64,000 bases of DNA from an archaeon. GTDB taxonomy: Archaea; Nanobdellota; Nanobdellia; Woesearchaeales; GW2011-AR9. The translations under genes and the position numbers were made by a program. Shown here one piece after another: positions 56,322 to 64,000 of this stretch (within the stretch, counting starts at the first letter, position 1; each line of letters begins with the position of its first letter). The stretch is taken from assembly GCA_018697095.1 (NCBI GenBank), contig JABHSG010000003.1, positions 86,895 through 150,894 on the forward strand, given 5' to 3'. The notes under the pieces are model-generated. The model made no database searches. It was not told the DNA's origin and worked only from the letters and a program-made list of their open reading frames with translations.

Positions 56322-58472
56322 ATGCTAGAAGACTCTTTAACAGCATTGGGTGACCTAGTTTTAACCCCTCAAAGATTACTTGCATCACGTGAATTCTTTT
56401 GGGATGAAAATAGTACAGGAAGCCTAAGGCCACCATCAAAATGGGAAATAGAAGTAGGGTTAGATTATCGGAACTTTCCCGATTTTGATGAATCACCTCT
56501 AAAAGATAGTTATGCACAAAGAACTGCTCCACGAACTAAAATCAGAACCGATAAATTAGACAAATTGGTTGATGAGCTTCTATCAATACCAGCAAGACAA
56601 TTCTTTGAAGAATATTTTACAAAAAATCACAGAGGTCTTTTTGAAGATCTCGCAGCAAAAGTCAATGCTGATATGCCAGATAATTATTTTTTAGAAGTCG
56701 GTTACGCAGGCACACTAATGCAAGGTCAACCTTTTGTTAATCAAGGGATAGTAATTCCTCTTCTCGCTTTAGCTAATGGACTTGCTCCAACAATTCAATC
56801 TCAAGACCTTCCAAACCAAAATCCCTATACTTCAGCTGAATGTGATCTTGCCTGGGATATGGTCTACATGCTTCACCGAGGGATAATCGACATAGATGGT
56901 AATCGCCTCAATGAAGAATCATTAGTCAGTCATTATTTGGATTGGCAAGACGCAGAAAAATTAGAGGAATGTGATGAACTAAAAAAATTATTCTCACAAG
57001 GATTTTCTTATCCTAGCGGAAGTAATCTACGTTTAGATATTAACCCTGATGCAGAGGAAGCATATTCTCTGTGGGACACATATCCACACGGCGGTGGCCC
57101 AGGAAGAGCATACGATTTTACATTTACAACTGCAAGAAAAACACAAATTGCTAATATTTGGATGGATTTTTTTGTAAGGCGAGGATACACCATTGATGAA
57201 TTAAGATTAAATGCCCCAAACATAGATTTTGAAAAATTAGATCTTCACAAAGGTTTACGAAGATTTGGTGGAAAAGATTTCATTTATGATCTAGAACCAA
57301 ATAGAATTCCAGAACCCAAAGCAGATATTCAAAGGAAACTGAAAGAAAGATTGCCAGAAGACAATATTGCAGTTAAAGTAGAAGTGAATAAAAGAGGGTA
57401 CTTTACTGCAGAGGTTAGTCAAAGAAGGTCTACTGCAGTAGACGAGTTAGCGCACAAACTTGTAACAGAACTTGGAGTTCCAGAACACGCACTTGGTCCT
57501 CTTTTAGAACTAAGAGAAGAGTTAGGAGATATACTTGCAACAAGAAGAAATTCAACGCCAACTTCAACTCCTTATGTAATTGACCTAATAGACAAAGAAG
57601 GTAATCCTCTTGTTGCAAAATTAGGAGCTGGAGTAGAAATTCTAGGTAGAGAGGCTGATGTTCTTCGCGCCATGCAAAATGTTGACGGTCTTGAAGTAAT
57701 CCCTCCTGAATTTTATGGTGCCACTAGTACAGACCAATTAGCAGCAGTGATCACAAGACATTTAGATGGTCCAATTATAAATCCAAAAAGGGCAGCGTCA
57801 TATTCAAAATATTTTACACAAAAAAGAGTAGTACTAACACAGGTAGCAAGTGAATTCGAACAAAACGTAACTTTATTTGCTGCAATACCTGAAGTAGAAG
57901 ACGCTTACCATCTTGCATTATTTCACCACCATATGGGACCATTATCTAAAGAACCACAATTTCAAAAAACTCCAGTTGCAGCAATGTACGGTTGGGGAAA
58001 AGTTGAGGTGATGATTGGAAATTCTCACCTATCAAAAGACATCAAAATTGGTGCAAGAAAATTAGAAGAAAAGTACTCCAGGGCAGAACTAATCTGGGAT
58101 GCTAGTAAATCAGATTCCAAACGTATTGTTCATGGAGATTTCAAAGTAGAAAATATTCATCAAGGTATTAATGGCATCAGACATGTTTTAGATTATGGTC
58201 AAACAAGAGTAGGTGAGCCAAGAGAAGATATTATGCGTTATCTTGCAAGTACAATTGATCCAACTGGACCAAGAGAAACTGCAGCAAAAGCGAAGCGCTT
58301 TGTAGCAACTTACAAACTTGTTTCTGAAATCTTAGGGGATAACCAATCACCACAAAACATCCTCCAAGCAGCAGGGGCAGATGCATTACGTTTAGGTGCA
58401 GGAATTGCATCACATCAGTCAAGAACTGTAGAAGCATTAGATTATCTACGAGTAGCACATTTACTTCTTTAA
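56322..58472 (+). CDS. Large hypothetical protein (716 aa) with a C-terminal aminoglycoside-phosphotransferase/protein-kinase-like catalytic region.
   Basis: The catalytic-loop-like IVHGDFKVENI (HGDxxxxN) is followed by a VLDYGQT DFG-like segment. The N-terminal ~330 aa are unassigned. Confidence 0.45.
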   Translation: MLEDSLTALGDLVLTPQRLLASREFFWDENSTGSLRPPSKWEIEVGLDYRNFPDFDESPLKDSYAQRTAPRTKIRTDKLDKLVDELLSIPARQFFEEYFTKNHRGLFEDLAAKVNADMPDNYFLEVGYAGTLMQGQPFVNQGIVIPLLALANGLAPTIQSQDLPNQNPYTSAECDLAWDMVYMLHRGIIDIDGNRLNEESLVSHYLDWQDAEKLEECDELKKLFSQGFSYPSGSNLRLDINPDAEEAYSLWDTYPHGGGPGRAYDFTFTTARKTQIANIWMDFFVRRGYTIDELRLNAPNIDFEKLDLHKGLRRFGGKDFIYDLEPNRIPEPKADIQRKLKERLPEDNIAVKVEVNKRGYFTAEVSQRRSTAVDELAHKLVTELGVPEHALGPLLELREELGDILATRRNSTPTSTPYVIDLIDKEGNPLVAKLGAGVEILGREADVLRAMQNVDGLEVIPPEFYGATSTDQLAAVITRHLDGPIINPKRAASYSKYFTQKRVVLTQVASEFEQNVTLFAAIPEVEDAYHLALFHHHMGPLSKEPQFQKTPVAAMYGWGKVEVMIGNSHLSKDIKIGARKLEEKYSRAELIWDASKSDSKRIVHGDFKVENIHQGINGIRHVLDYGQTRVGEPREDIMRYLASTIDPTGPRETAAKAKRFVATYKLVSEILGDNQSPQNILQAAGADALRLGAGIASHQSRTVEALDYLRVAHLLL

Positions 58473-59399
58473 ATCAAGTAGCAAATAGTAAACACTTCCA
58501 GAACAAAGTTGTATCATTCTTGCAACATATTGGATTTTTGATAGTAGTGGCGACCCTTTTGTTTTAGAAGCAATTAGCGCATCTGCTTCCTCAAACACTA
58601 AAGTTTTTTTCAAAGAATTAATCTTTGAAATGGCGCCAACATCTTTTTTGTAAAGGGCATCAGAAAGTAAATCAAAATAATTACCTACTTTTTCAAGATA
58701 TTTTTGCGCATCTACTCTAGTTGTACGAGGAACATGTTCATTTTTCATATAATCATGCAAGTAGTATTGCCCATGTCCAATTGCCATCAAATAAGTTAAA
58801 AGCTCCCAATAGATTTGTGGCATTTCTAATTGTACTAATTTTCTTGATAAAGAACGTTTAAGAAAATAACAAATTCTATCTAACTGCAAACGTAAATCAT
58901 CTAAATCTTCTTCTAATTTATCACGAATTAGTTCTTGACTATTTCTCTCATGCATCTCTTTAAGAATAAAAAAAACTCGGCGTAGCATTATTTCAAATTT
59001 TTGCTCACTTGGCTCACTTAAATTTTCAAGAACTATTTTTTTACTACCTTTACTTGTTATTTCAAATCCCATCAAGAGTGGAAGAACTTTAGAATTAACT
59101 ATACGTAAAATTTTAGAACTCCCTTTAACTATGATTTTCCCATAACCTAAACGATAGATGTGGGTAATTGAGGCAGACACTTGTGCCATCTCAGAATCTT
59201 TGAAGGACAATACAATCTCTTTTTCGTCTTTTACAAAAGAGCTAACAACTAAGTTATTGCCAATCTCTTCAATTTCAATCTCATCGCCAGCACCAAGGCC
59301 CCTAGAATCAACCCATTTCTTTGGCACATAAAAAGTAAAGCCACCAGCTCCTTGAGCAATAAGTTTTCGTTTCATCAAATTCTTCAAAACAATCCTCAT
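58461..59399 (-). CDS. AbrB/MazE swapped-hairpin DNA-binding domain fused to a PhoU-like helical domain; putative transcriptional regulator.
   Basis: The N-terminal KLIAQGAGGFTFYVPKKWVDSRGLGAGDEIEIEEIGNNLVV resembles the AbrB/SpoVT fold. The remainder is all-helical and PhoU-like, an architecture reported for archaeal PhoU homologs. Confidence 0.45.
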   Translation of the reverse strand: MRIVLKNLMKRKLIAQGAGGFTFYVPKKWVDSRGLGAGDEIEIEEIGNNLVVSSFVKDEKEIVLSFKDSEMAQVSASITHIYRLGYGKIIVKGSSKILRIVNSKVLPLLMGFEITSKGSKKIVLENLSEPSEQKFEIMLRRVFFILKEMHERNSQELIRDKLEEDLDDLRLQLDRICYFLKRSLSRKLVQLEMPQIYWELLTYLMAIGHGQYYLHDYMKNEHVPRTTRVDAQKYLEKVGNYFDLLSDALYKKDVGAISKINSLKKTLVFEEADALIASKTKGSPLLSKIQYVARMIQLCSGSVYYLLLDLKK

Positions 59400-59417
59400 T
59401 TAACTACTTTTGCCAAA

Positions 59418-59436
59418 TTGATATCATTGATATCAA
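59418..59436. promoter_or_regulatory. Tandem palindromic element TTGATATCA-TTGATATCA-A, 19–37 nt upstream of the AbrB–PhoU gene start; candidate (auto)operator in the divergent promoter region.
   Basis: Two direct copies of a 9-mer, each containing the GATATC palindrome; the 19-mer is self-complementary with one central mismatch. Confidence 0.45.
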
Positions 59437-59532
59437 TTAATTTCTAAAGCAAACAAGTCAAACTGATGATATTAGGTGGTTCTGATAGTGTTTTGAATAG
59501 ATAACACAACAATACAATAGCGAGATGATATT

Positions 59533-60045
59533 ATGACAGAAAAAACCCCATACCAATTTGCAGCAGCAGGCTTAGGCACAGTTGCAGTATCATATTTTGA
59601 ATTAGATCAAAGAGCATCTAAATTAGGCGCAACACCACAAATTATGCAAGATTATGCTGTTTCATTAACAAGAGATTCTTTTGCAGCAGTTAGAGGATTA
59701 ACTGGAACAAATACTAATGGATTTTTGAAAGGGATCACTAGGCGAAATGGCCCTCTCTCAAAAGCACTAAGTGATGGGAAAAATACAGCTGATGGTTTAG
59801 GGTCCAAACTACGTGAATACATTGGCTCACATGAAGTAGCATTGAGTACATACTTGATAGCAGTAAATGAAGCAGAATCAGATCCTGAGGTCCAAAAAAA
59901 ACTAGATCCTCATATTGAACAATTAACACGTATCGCTACACGTAGAGAAGTCTATGTTGCTGCAGTTCTAACGCACCTTGGGAATCCAAGAGAAACTGAT
60001 GAGTCGATGTTAAACAATTTAGGATTAGAACATTTACTGAGGTAA
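59533..60045 (+). CDS. Hypothetical protein (170 aa), first gene of a four-gene same-strand cluster.
   Basis: ORF; 4-nt spacing to the next gene. Confidence 0.4.
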   Translation: MTEKTPYQFAAAGLGTVAVSYFELDQRASKLGATPQIMQDYAVSLTRDSFAAVRGLTGTNTNGFLKGITRRNGPLSKALSDGKNTADGLGSKLREYIGSHEVALSTYLIAVNEAESDPEVQKKLDPHIEQLTRIATRREVYVAAVLTHLGNPRETDESMLNNLGLEHLLR

Positions 60046-60048
60046 AAA

Positions 60049-60654
60049 ATGAAATATAAACAAAATATCGCAGCAGTAGCTTTGTTACTAGTGGCGCCAT
60101 TTGTAACGCCTGGTTGCAGCATGTACCAAAATGAAAATCCACTCGATAAAGAAGTTGCAAGATTATCAAATAATATTGCGGATTTTGTGCAAGAAAATCA
60201 CCCTCGAGATAGTCGTACAACAAACATTGACTATTCTGCGTTTGTTGGTGTAATTGATGGGTCTTGCGTCACAATTGGGGTTGAAGAACATGGTCAAGGA
60301 AATTACATTGCACCACGCGGAGCACCAATTAGGGTGTTAGATATCTACAACTCAAATACTATTTTTGAATCATATTCTGCAACTCACATTCATGCATCTG
60401 CTGCAAACAGTAATTGTCCAAATGAAGGTCCTCTTTCTGGAATGGTTTATATGACAGACGCAGGAGCAGATGGATTCAATGGTGCAACAAATGAAAATGA
60501 ATATGGAATAACTGATTTAGAATATATCTATGCACAAGACCCAGATACTGGTTATCTTACAGGGGCTGGCGGAAGAACAGTAACAGAAGCGCAGCAAGCT
60601 AACGATTTGGCACTTCCACACCTAAAAGTAATTTGGGATGAATTACAAAAATGA
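60049..60654 (+). CDS. Putative secreted lipoprotein (201 aa).
   Basis: Signal peptide ending in a lipobox-like FVTPGC; Gly/Asn/Asp-rich mature part. Confidence 0.45.
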   Translation: MKYKQNIAAVALLLVAPFVTPGCSMYQNENPLDKEVARLSNNIADFVQENHPRDSRTTNIDYSAFVGVIDGSCVTIGVEEHGQGNYIAPRGAPIRVLDIYNSNTIFESYSATHIHASAANSNCPNEGPLSGMVYMTDAGADGFNGATNENEYGITDLEYIYAQDPDTGYLTGAGGRTVTEAQQANDLALPHLKVIWDELQK

Positions 60655-61446
60655 CCCAACATCCTCACGTAGAATATCTACAAACACTTGCAGAACAAAT
60701 CAGATCTGAATCACTAAACTCAGATGGTTCAGTTAACTTAGGTGGACCTCTATCTTGGGCGCACCTTCCTTTTCTTGAAGCGCGCAAAGCAACTGATCCA
60801 AATATTGCAACCGATGCAATTGCAAAACCTCTTGATTGGCAAGTAGAAGACCCAATGCATCCTTTATTGTATGGTGAAGAATACAATAGAAGGGGGACAG
60901 GATATGACTCTGGTTGTTATGCTAGTGTCAATTTTTTTTTTACCACAATTTGCAAGATATGCTCTTCTTGGACAAGAAGCCGATTTTTTACTTGAAAGAT
61001 ATTCTCAAGGGCTAATCAAGGTACAAAATGATGATGATCTAAAGCATGGTTACCCTAAATTAATCAGTCATAATAGAGTAAGAGAAGTAAGTTTAAGGAG
61101 TGGTCGCTTTGGGTATGACTTTCGATCATTTGTACACCATAATGATGATCTAGATAAATTACCTCCATCCGTTGCTGCAGTGACAGCAGCATTTTTTTAT
61201 GAGCCATATTATCCTGGTGGTCCCTTCGAGTTTTTAGTAAAAGGATCCGAAGATGCAGCGAAAGCTCTACAAGAAGCAGATTTTCTAAAACCACAAGACA
61301 AAGAAAATTTAGCTAAAAGTAAGAAGTGGGTAATAGCTTCTAGAGGCTCTTATCCAGTTATCACAACTCTTGGAGCACTCGCATACATGGTTATTAGAGA
61401 TACGCCCAGAGGAAAAGCATTCATGCAATTACATGGATTGAATTAG
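60651..61446 (+). pseudogene. A gene split by a +1 frame change at a T10 homopolymer (60932..60941). ORF 60651..60995 (frame 0) and ORF 60871..61446 (frame +1) would fuse into a single protein of about 265 aa if the tract were T9.
   Basis: The two overlapping same-strand ORFs change frame exactly at the T run. The reconstructed junction would read ...GYDSGCYASVNFF-LPQFARYALLGQ... Confidence 0.5.
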
Positions 61447-61462
61447 TTGATGCTAAATTAAC

Positions 61463-62788
61463 ATGAACAAAACAACAAAAGATTGGTTAAGTAGAGCAAG
61501 TGTAATAACGTTCTTTTCTATGGGACTTTGCGTAGGATCTGGAATTACTCCCAAGGAATTAGCGCACGGGTTATATCATCTTGCTGAGCAAAAAGTAAAT
61601 GATCTTACTACAGTAGATTCAAAGTATACTGCATCTGATTTAGAGAAAATAGTGAGTATAAATTTTCCTAAAAAAGACATTATTCATATAGCTCCAAATT
61701 CAAATTTAGGTGGGATGGTACAAACAGATACTGTATATTTCACATCATCTTATGGTGACTTCACAGCATACCATTCTATTGAACAGTTAACAGAAGTTTT
61801 TGAAGATGGAAAAAATAAAACAGATTTAACTATACACACAAGTATCCCATATTTAGAAGTCACGACAAACGGTTCCTCGGGTGAACTGCCTATACATATT
61901 CAAAATACGTGGAACTATAACCATGTTGTTAATCAAAGCGCAGGTTGCATTGGTGTAAATATGAAAGAATTAGAGGCTTCAAAAATAAAAGATATTATTA
62001 TCGATTGCTCAAAAGTGGACAGTTCAATTGTTGACTCTATCAAAGAAGTGGATGATGAAATTAACTCATGGTTTTATACTGAAATTTCTGCGTTTTCAAC
62101 ATGTTCTATCCCACCTCAACAAACTGAAGAATCTAGATTTTATCTTCCTCTGTTTTCAGATAATATAGATGTAACTCCAACTAATTTAGAATATGAGCCT
62201 TGGTTAAATTCTTTAAAACAATTTCAAAGAATCTCACGTTCTGGTATATCTGATGAATTGAGATTATTCTTTGATCAATATGATAATCAAATTCAGAGTG
62301 GATTCACAAATAGCATAGTTGCAATGAATCCCATATTTAAAGAAACAAAAGATGGTACACCTTATGTCCGCTATGATTTGGAATCAACAAGTTCGGGCTT
62401 AGCTGGCCACATGGAAATTAGTGAAGACGTTTTCATTATTGGCCTTAGTATGGGTGCAATAGAAGTGATTTCAAATTACCCTTATGCTAGCAATATAAAT
62501 ATATTTGATATCGTTTTAAAAAGAGATGTTCATGGTGTGACAAACGAACAACTAAAGTCAATGTTAGAAGAAAGCAGCACAAAAATAAACGAGCACTATG
62601 AAAACGTAGCAATATTTCAAGAGGTAGATGATGCCTGTGAATTAACTACCCCACTATATGGAGGGACAACATATGGTTTAGAAAACGGGTCTGAAGTTAT
62701 CTTCTGGCGTCCACATTATACTCATGAATTCAGTACAGTTCCAGGATATACTCAAAGAATCAGTATTGGGTCTCAAGGTGTCGACTAA
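61463..62788 (+). CDS. Secreted hypothetical protein (441 aa).
   Basis: N-terminal signal/TM segment (VITFFSMGLCVGSG); no recognised domain. Confidence 0.4.
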   Translation: MNKTTKDWLSRASVITFFSMGLCVGSGITPKELAHGLYHLAEQKVNDLTTVDSKYTASDLEKIVSINFPKKDIIHIAPNSNLGGMVQTDTVYFTSSYGDFTAYHSIEQLTEVFEDGKNKTDLTIHTSIPYLEVTTNGSSGELPIHIQNTWNYNHVVNQSAGCIGVNMKELEASKIKDIIIDCSKVDSSIVDSIKEVDDEINSWFYTEISAFSTCSIPPQQTEESRFYLPLFSDNIDVTPTNLEYEPWLNSLKQFQRISRSGISDELRLFFDQYDNQIQSGFTNSIVAMNPIFKETKDGTPYVRYDLESTSSGLAGHMEISEDVFIIGLSMGAIEVISNYPYASNINIFDIVLKRDVHGVTNEQLKSMLEESSTKINEHYENVAIFQEVDDACELTTPLYGGTTYGLENGSEVIFWRPHYTHEFSTVPGYTQRISIGSQGVD

Positions 62789-63247
62789 TTACTCTTTTCC
62801 CATCAGTAATACTTCTTCGAACTCTTCTTTACTTACTGGCATTACAGATAATCTGCAACCTTTCTGCACAAGTTTCATCTCAGCTAACTTCGCATTCTCT
62901 TTCATTTCTTGCAAGCTTACCAATCGATCAAACTTAGAAACAAATTCTATGTCAACCACAGTCCATCTAGGTTTTTCAAAACTGGCTTTCGGATCAAAAT
63001 ATTTAGATTCAGGATTAAACTGTTCTGGGTCAGGCCACGCTTCTTTTACAATTTTGCATTCTCCAACAGCCCCAGGAGGTTTTGCATTGCTGTGATAAAA
63101 TAACACTCTATCGCCAACAGTGCAAGCGCGCATAAAGTTTCGTGCTTGATAATTACGGATACCTTCCCAATAAATAGCATTGTCACGTTTCATATCATCA
63201 ATAGAATAAACACTAGGTTCTGATTTGAATAACCAATAATTTACCAC
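62789..63247 (-). CDS. EVE-domain (PUA-like) protein.
   Basis: YWLFKSEP...SIDDM...WEGIRNYQARNFMR...GDRVLFYHS... matches the EVE-domain consensus. Confidence 0.7.
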   Translation of the reverse strand: MVNYWLFKSEPSVYSIDDMKRDNAIYWEGIRNYQARNFMRACTVGDRVLFYHSNAKPPGAVGECKIVKEAWPDPEQFNPESKYFDPKASFEKPRWTVVDIEFVSKFDRLVSLQEMKENAKLAEMKLVQKGCRLSVMPVSKEEFEEVLLMGKE

Positions 63248-63261
63248 TAGAAATTAAGCAT

Positions 63262-64000
63262 TCAATAATTCTTAAGTATTTCTAAAATATCGCAGCTACT
63301 AAGCTTACTATAAAATCCCATTCGCGAAAAAGAACATCTAACACCTTTAACCTTAGCCAAGAATTCATCGAACTTTGGAACTTCTTTAAGTTTAAGATAA
63401 CTTGCCAAGATATGCATGTCATAAAATCCAACTTTTCTGTCAGTACCAATATTTCTCTCCTCAAATTCAGCTTCACGTTCCAACCCTTCAAAGAATTCTT
63501 TTTCCAATTCAAACATATCCTTATGCGAAATCATTCTAAGTAAATCCAAATTACAAAGTTCCCCTGACCATAACGGGCCAGCAACTTGCACTCCAGGGCG
63601 AACTTTAGCTTCTTCAGTTCTACGGTCACCATCTATCCAAACAGTGTCATAACTTACTTTGAAATCTATGCCTTTTTTATCATATAAGAAATATTTGTGC
63701 TGTTTCAAAACTTGGTCGCACGCAGTTTTAGTATTTTTATTAACAAAAAAAACGCGATAGTAATGTCCCTTATGATATGACAAGATTGGAATTAGGGCTT
63801 TGTCAAACTGCGCTCCAAGTAGCTGCACTTTACGAATTAAAATTCTAAGGCCAACATTATGCTTCATGTAATTATACATACTTGAAGACCAATATTTTCT
63901 ACGTGTAACAGATTTGTAAGTTCCAGTAAAAGCCGCAGTGTCTGTGGCAGTAATAGCAAGTACTCCTCCGCGTGTCAATCTAGCAATTGAAGAAGCAAGA
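63262..64000 (-). CDS. trm1: tRNA (guanine26-N2)-dimethyltransferase Trm1, C-terminal portion. The gene continues beyond the window end (5'-partial).
   Basis: ...LTRGGVLAITATDTAA... and ...VAGPLWSGELCNLDLL... match the Trm1 family (ITATD, GPLW). The frame stays open to position 64000. Confidence 0.55.
   Translation of the reverse strand, partial: LASSIARLTRGGVLAITATDTAAFTGTYKSVTRRKYWSSSMYNYMKHNVGLRILIRKVQLLGAQFDKALIPILSYHKGHYYRVFFVNKNTKTACDQVLKQHKYFLYDKKGIDFKVSYDTVWIDGDRRTEEAKVRPGVQVAGPLWSGELCNLDLLRMISHKDMFELEKEFFEGLEREAEFEERNIGTDRKVGFYDMHILASYLKLKEVPKFDEFLAKVKGVRCSFSRMGFYSKLSSCDILEILKNY

Noticed and set aside
59461-59532. C/D-box-sRNA-like motifs (CUGAUGA ... CUGA ... UGAUAU) in the divergent promoter region.
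   Set aside because: The boxes are imperfect (C box preceded by a pyrimidine, no clear terminal D box or stem). The same sequence is more simply promoter or 5' region of the 59533 gene.
1-64000. Search for CRISPR arrays, rRNA genes and integrase or transposase genes.
   Set aside because: No direct-repeat/spacer arrays, no rRNA-like GC-rich blocks, and no recognisable integrase, transposase or IS terminal inverted repeats were seen. The only mobile-element-like gene is the LAGLIDADG ORF.

Overview
This window is an archaeal chromosomal segment with roughly 35% GC and many Lys-rich, low-complexity protein tails. It looks like a small-genome, possibly DPANN-like archaeon, but the lineage is not certain.

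Recognisable informational and housekeeping genes include the PolD large-subunit (DP2) C-terminus at the window start, GyrA, ScpB, PCNA, an RNase J-like beta-CASP nuclease, TFE, Hjc, archaeal-type TyrRS with an adjacent YbaK/ProX deacylase, RNase Z, RtcA, a DRG GTPase, aEF-1beta with its partner Zn-ribbon, the conserved L37Ae–RpoP–prefoldin-beta cluster, and Trm1 (partial) at the window end.

A complete A-type ATP synthase operon (ahaH-I-K-E-C-F-A-B-D) lies on the minus strand at 22.4–31.0 kb. There are two tRNAs, Leu-CAA on the plus strand and Pro-TGG on the minus strand. No rRNA or CRISPR array was seen.

The items most worth a second look are:
- a tri-domain fusion of glutamine amidotransferase, asparagine-synthetase-like PP-loop and Dph6-like PP-loop (32.3–34.4 kb);
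- three tandem, apparently paralogous small coiled-coil proteins, the first carrying a MGWLFGKKKK N-terminus and a Pro/Ser-rich linker (12.6–13.9 kb);
- a HerA/DUF87-type ATPase with a small membrane partner, followed by a His-rich DsbA-like protein and a membrane protein with an intramembrane CxxC (18.1–22.1 kb);
- a degenerate THUMP-methyltransferase-like gene overlapping a gyrA that has no adjacent gyrB;
- a TFE whose C-terminus is an 81-nt tandem-repeat, H1-like Lys/Ala tail;
- a free-standing two-motif LAGLIDADG endonuclease;
- a T10 homopolymer that splits a gene inside a cluster of secreted and lipoprotein genes (60.6–61.4 kb);
- a 716-aa protein with a C-terminal APH/protein-kinase-like catalytic loop, convergent with an AbrB–PhoU-type regulator that has a tandem palindromic operator.

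Several genes show an archaeal TATA box about 27–30 nt upstream of the ATG, which suggests leaderless transcripts.

All assignments rest on motif and architecture recognition by eye; no database searches were run.
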